64,000 nt of DNA, taken from contig JACQGI010000015.1 in assembly GCA_016199625.1 (NCBI GenBank), positions 3,822-67,821 on the forward strand, given 5' to 3'. A model generated the notes under the pieces. The model saw only the letters and a program-made list of their open reading frames with translations, made no database searches and was not told where the DNA came from. Made by a program: the position numbers and the translations under genes. The stretch's first letter is position 1, and each line of letters starts with the position of its first letter. This document shows positions 59,762-64,000 of the stretch, one piece after another. The DNA is from Acidobacteriota bacterium (GTDB taxonomy: Bacteria; Acidobacteriota; Vicinamibacteria; Fen-336).

Positions 59762-61126
59762 GCCCTCGCCCTGTAGCCGATGCTTATGAATGAGGTAGCG
59801 CAGGGATCGGGGGGTCACGCCGAGCAGCCGGCACGCCCTGCCCCGGTCCCCGGCCGCCAGGCCAAGGGCCCGCCGCACGAGGCCGCCCTCGTGAGTCCGG
59901 AGGTGATCGTCGAGGCTGAAGCCCTCACGCAGCTCGTCTGCCGAAGGGTGACGGGCGTCGGTCAAGAGGGCTTCCGGCAGCCGCTCCACGAGGACCGTGG
60001 GGGTGATCTCGAGGGCGACCGCGCGCTCCACGACGTTCTCGAGCTCGCGAACGTTCCCCGGCCACGAATAGGCCTGCAGCTTCCCCATCGCCTCGCTCGA
60101 GATCCTCGTGACGCTCTTGCCCATCTCCTCGGAGAACCGCCCCAGGAAGTGCTCGGTCAGGAGCGGGATGTCCTCGCGGCGCTCGCGCAGGGGGGGGATG
60201 CGGATCGGAATGACGTTGAGACGGTAGTAGAGGTCTTCGCGGAAGCGCCGCTCGCGGACCAGGCTCTCGAGGGGCCGGTTGGTCGCCGCGACCAGGCGAA
60301 CGTCCACCTCCACCTCGGCGGTCCCGCCCACCCGGCGGATCTTCCTGTCCTGGAGGCTGCGGAGGAGCTTGACCTGCATGGCCGGCGAGGTCTCGCCCAC
60401 CTCGTCCAGGAAGAGAGTCCCCCGGTGGGCCGCCTCGAAGAGGCCCTTCTTGTTCTGGTGCGCGTCCGTGAAGGCCCCCTTCACGTGACCGAACAGCTCG
60501 CTCTCGAGGAGATTCTCGGGCAGGGCGCCGCAGTTGATCGAGACGAAGGGGGCGTCGCGGCGCGGAGAGAGGGCGTGGATCGCCTTCGCCACGAGCTCCT
60601 TGCCGGTGCCGCTCTCTCCGGTGATCAGGATGGTGGAGGCCGTCGGCGCCACCGACCGCACGACGTCGAAGACCGCCCTCATCGGCGGGGAGACGCCGAC
60701 GATGCGGTCCAGGCCGTGGCGGGACCGGAACTCGGCCTTGAGGAGGATGTTCTCCTCCTCGAGCTGGCGCTTCTCGAGGGCGCCGCGCACGACGATCTTC
60801 AGCTCCTCGACGTCGAAGGGCTTCGTGAGGTAGTCGTGGGCGCCCAGCTTCAGGGCGGCCACCGCCGTCTGGGTGGTCCCGTAGGCCGTCATGACGATGA
60901 CCACCGTCTCGGGAGAGGCCGCCTTGACGTGGCGCAGGATCTCGATCCCGTCGCCATCGGGGAGCTTGATGTCCGTGATGACCATGTCGGCGGGCGCCCC
61001 GGCCAGGGCTGCTGCGGCCATCGCCCGGCTCTCGGCGGCGACGACCTCATAGCCCTCCCGACGGAGCATGATGCCGAGCAGCTCCCTCATCGAGGGCTCG
61101 TCGTCGACGACCAGGATCCTCTTCAT
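59759..61126 (-). CDS. pilR: Sigma-54-dependent response regulator PilR-like
   Basis: ILVVDDEPSMRELL, GESGTGKE, GHVKGAFTDA, WPGNVRELEN, RSLRY HTH; directly upstream of pilA. Confidence 0.9.
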   Translation of the reverse strand: MKRILVVDDEPSMRELLGIMLRREGYEVVAAESRAMAAAALAGAPADMVITDIKLPDGDGIEILRHVKAASPETVVIVMTAYGTTQTAVAALKLGAHDYLTKPFDVEELKIVVRGALEKRQLEEENILLKAEFRSRHGLDRIVGVSPPMRAVFDVVRSVAPTASTILITGESGTGKELVAKAIHALSPRRDAPFVSINCGALPENLLESELFGHVKGAFTDAHQNKKGLFEAAHRGTLFLDEVGETSPAMQVKLLRSLQDRKIRRVGGTAEVEVDVRLVAATNRPLESLVRERRFREDLYYRLNVIPIRIPPLRERREDIPLLTEHFLGRFSEEMGKSVTRISSEAMGKLQAYSWPGNVRELENVVERAVALEITPTVLVERLPEALLTDARHPSADELREGFSLDDHLRTHEGGLVRRALGLAAGDRGRACRLLGVTPRSLRYLIHKHRLQGEG

Positions 61127-61203
61127 TCCGGATGGGCCACCCCGAGGGGCCCGCCCCGGCGGAGCGGGTGCCCCGGGATGGTATAGCGGCCGCAGAGGCC
61201 CGA

Positions 61204-63537
61204 TCAACCGGCGCGCCTTCGGCGTCGGGCAGCCATGAGGGCTAGAAGGCCGATCGCCGATCCCACGGCGGCCGTGAGGGCGCCCCAGATCACGCTCCCC
61301 GGCCGGTACCGCATTTCCACGAGGTGCCTCCCCGCCGGCACAGGGACCGCACGGAAGAGCGCGTTGGCCCTGAGGATCGGCACGGGTGCGCCGTCGACCG
61401 CGGCCCGCCAGCCGGGATAGTGAGCGTCGAGGACGACGAGGTGCCCGGATCCGTTCGTGTCGACCTCGACGGCCAGGGCGTCGGCCCGACGCCACAGGAG
61501 CCGGGCCTGACCGGAGAAGGACGGCGCGCCCGGGCGCGCAAAGCCCTCCTCCAGGACGACCTCGCGGTGCGGATCGAACTCGGGCCCCAGCAGGAACCGC
61601 AGCCGCACGGCGTCCTCCACGACCCGCGAGCTCCCGACGACGTAGACACGGGGGAGCGTATCGGGCACCCGGTAGACGCGGATCGGACCCTCGAACACCG
61701 AGGCGATCTCTCGCACCGGTGGACCCAGTCCCTCCAGGGGCTCGAGGGAGACCACCTGGTCCACGCCGCCCAGTTGCAGCAACCGCAGGCTCACGGGCTG
61801 CCGCGCCCCGGCGAGAACCTGACTGAGGAAAGCTACGGCGGGAGAGCCGAGGCCGGTGAAGTCCCCGTCGTAGCTGCCGTCGATGCCCCACCGGGCGCTG
61901 ATGGGGGGCGCGACGGCGTCCTGCATCCCGAGGGTCCACCACCATTCCAGGCTCCAGCCTGCGGGGGTCGGCTTCAGTGTGTCCCTCGCGGCGCTCGCGA
62001 ACGGGACGACGTAGAGGCGGTGCGGCCCGCCTGACGTGAGGTCACGGGTCCACGACGGGCGGTGGGTCGCCAGCGCGGGGGGGGCCAGGCCGTTCACCTC
62101 GCGCCCGACAGCCATGAGATCGGTGATCGCCACGAGGGTCAGCACCGGCGCGAGCGCGGCCCGTGCCTGCCGAGAGCCCCGCCAGAGAAGCAGCCCCCCC
62201 AGCCCGGCCGCGATCGCGGCGGCGAGCCGGAGCTTCGCCACCGTCGGGTCGAACGACGCGTCGGGAGCGAGAAGCCCCCGCCCCCCTCGGCGGCCCCATT
62301 CGCCGGCCAGAAGCGCCAGCGCCCCGAGGCCCACCATCACGCCGCCCGCGAGCGTCGCCCGCCGCTCTTCGCGGCGCTCCCACGACGCCAGCCACGCGTC
62401 CAGCCCCGCACCCGCGAGCAGGGCCCAGCACAGCGAGAACGGGAAGATGTACTTCGCAGGGTAGCGGAGAATCGACAAGGGCGGAACTTCGAGGAGGAGG
62501 GGGTAGACCGGGGTGTACCGGCCCAGGGCGCAGACGAGGAAGAGCCCGCCGCACCCGAGAGCGAAGAGTCGCGTCCGGTCCCGGCCGAGGAGGACCGCGA
62601 GCAGGACGAAGGCACACGCCCCCATCCCCAGGTAGAGGGACGCCACGAGCGGCTCCCGAGACTCGAACAGCACGCCTCGCAGCTCCCGGCTCGCCGGCAA
62701 GTCGCTCAGAAGACCCGGCACCAGAGCGTCGGCCAGGGACGCCGGATGGAGCGACCAGTAGAGGTTGGCGCTGGGCTGAAGTTTGAGCCTCGAGCCTTCG
62801 GCGAGGATCGAGAGGGTGGGCATCCACTGCACGGCGGAGAGCGTCGAGGCCACGGCGGCTGCCACGAGGCCCGTGCGGGCGAACCGCGCCAGCAGCGCAG
62901 CCCTCCCCGACGGCGCCTCGCGCACGACCAGGACGGCGTGGGCGAGCCCCATGACGGCCGTCATCAGGCACATGTCGCCCGAGCCGGCCAGAACCTGGCC
63001 GGACGCGACCGCGCCGAGGCCCACGCTCGCCCCGAGCCCCCCCGCGCCGAGAGCGCGGTCCAGGGCGAGCAGGACCCACGGCATCCAGGAAAGGCCCGCG
63101 AAATGGTGGTAGAGGCTCACGCAGGACAGCACGGGCCCCGAGGTTACCCATACGGCTGCGGCAAGGAAGGCGGCGGCGGGCGACAGCCGCCACCTCCGGG
63201 CGAGGACGAACAGCCCGAGCCCGGCGCCCAGGGAGTGTCCGAGCACGAAGACCTTGTAGTAGACGCCGGGCGGGAGGACGAGGTTCAGCCACGTCGGCGG
63301 GTAGCAGAGCTGATAGCTCGGATCGGCCAGGGCGGGAAGGCCGAAGGTGACGTGGGGGTTCCAGAGAGGCCAGGCCCCTTCGGCGACCGCCCGCACCACG
63401 GTCTCGACCCCTGGGTACCAGACCCAATGGATGTCCCGTTGGAAGAAGACTCCACCGCCGGCCAGGGCGTCGGAGAAGAGGGCCGCGACGAGGAGCGCGA
63501 GACCGCCGACCGGCCAACGCCCCGAGGACGTCGTCAA
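61204..63537 (-). CDS. YfhO-like GT-C membrane glycosyltransferase (paralogue 4)
   Basis: FQRDIH, GAWPLWNP, CYPPTWLNL, FESREP, LRYPAK, HYPGWRAAVDG..RANALFRAV; TTG start overlaps the kinase stop. Confidence 0.87.
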   Translation of the reverse strand: MTTSSGRWPVGGLALLVAALFSDALAGGGVFFQRDIHWVWYPGVETVVRAVAEGAWPLWNPHVTFGLPALADPSYQLCYPPTWLNLVLPPGVYYKVFVLGHSLGAGLGLFVLARRWRLSPAAAFLAAAVWVTSGPVLSCVSLYHHFAGLSWMPWVLLALDRALGAGGLGASVGLGAVASGQVLAGSGDMCLMTAVMGLAHAVLVVREAPSGRAALLARFARTGLVAAAVASTLSAVQWMPTLSILAEGSRLKLQPSANLYWSLHPASLADALVPGLLSDLPASRELRGVLFESREPLVASLYLGMGACAFVLLAVLLGRDRTRLFALGCGGLFLVCALGRYTPVYPLLLEVPPLSILRYPAKYIFPFSLCWALLAGAGLDAWLASWERREERRATLAGGVMVGLGALALLAGEWGRRGGRGLLAPDASFDPTVAKLRLAAAIAAGLGGLLLWRGSRQARAALAPVLTLVAITDLMAVGREVNGLAPPALATHRPSWTRDLTSGGPHRLYVVPFASAARDTLKPTPAGWSLEWWWTLGMQDAVAPPISARWGIDGSYDGDFTGLGSPAVAFLSQVLAGARQPVSLRLLQLGGVDQVVSLEPLEGLGPPVREIASVFEGPIRVYRVPDTLPRVYVVGSSRVVEDAVRLRFLLGPEFDPHREVVLEEGFARPGAPSFSGQARLLWRRADALAVEVDTNGSGHLVVLDAHYPGWRAAVDGAPVPILRANALFRAVPVPAGRHLVEMRYRPGSVIWGALTAAVGSAIGLLALMAARRRRRAG

Positions 63538-64000
63538 GCCGGCACGGGCTGGGCCACGAGGGGCAGGCGGACCTCGACCTCCGTGCCCTGGGAGGGGATG
63601 CTCCTCACCGTGATGTCTCCCTTGTGCTCGCGCACGATGCGGTAGACGATCGCCAGGCCCAGGCCGGTCCCCATGGCCGTCCCCGAACGGAAGGGCTCGA
63701 AGATCCGCCGCTGCTCCTCGCGCCCCATGCCCCGTCCCTGGTCTCGGACGGAGAGCACGAGCGAGCCGCCGGCGGCCCTGAGATGGAGTCGGAGGGTTCC
63801 CCCGTCCGGCATCGCCTCGAGGGCGTTGCGCGCCAGGTTCCAGAAGACCTGCGTGATCTGGTCGGGGTCCGCCAGGCACACGTGCGGTCCCCCGTCGGCC
63901 TCGAACTCCACCACGTGATTCGGGCCGACTTCGGGACTGTTCCGGAGGAGCGTGACGTTCTGGGAGACCATGAGCCCCACGTCCACGGGCCCAGGGGGCG
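63534..64000 (-). CDS. pilS: Sensor histidine kinase PilS-like, C-terminal HATPase part (5' end outside the window)
   Basis: QVFWNLARNALEAMPDGG, DQGRGM, IFEPF, GTGLGLAIVYRIV; upstream of pilR. Confidence 0.8.
   Translation of the reverse strand, partial: PPGPVDVGLMVSQNVTLLRNSPEVGPNHVVEFEADGGPHVCLADPDQITQVFWNLARNALEAMPDGGTLRLHLRAAGGSLVLSVRDQGRGMGREEQRRIFEPFRSGTAMGTGLGLAIVYRIVREHKGDITVRSIPSQGTEVEVRLPLVAQPVPA

Overview
High-GC bacterial window; gene content and protein style suggest Acidobacteriota (Vicinamibacteria-like), which is an inference. 1-16.6 kb is mostly housekeeping: nfeD (partial), tatA/B-tatC, DUF192, DUF3999, DUF2339, pcm, proS, terC, nadB, aroB, argF with a COG2403/arginine-synthetase-like gene, and a MocA-like nucleotidyltransferase. 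From about 16.6 kb to the end is one type IV pilus and surface-modification locus. Its pilus genes are pilS (partial), pilR, two tandem pilins, a Myxococcus/Geobacter-type pilGHI ABC module, pilD, a second kinase/sigma-54 regulator pair and fimT-pilV-pilW-pilX-pilY1. Interleaved with these are seven GT-C-fold membrane glycosyltransferases (four YfhO-like paralogues), two transporter-fused SAM-domain proteins, a methyltransferase-GT2 fusion, two soluble methyltransferases, fcl, a Thr-nucleophile sulfatase-fold lipoprotein and a redoxin. The best candidate for an undescribed system is this extracytoplasmic pilin glycosylation/methylation/phospho-form machinery. No rRNA, tRNA, CRISPR array or mobile element was recognised. 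All calls come from motif recognition by eye, not from database searches.
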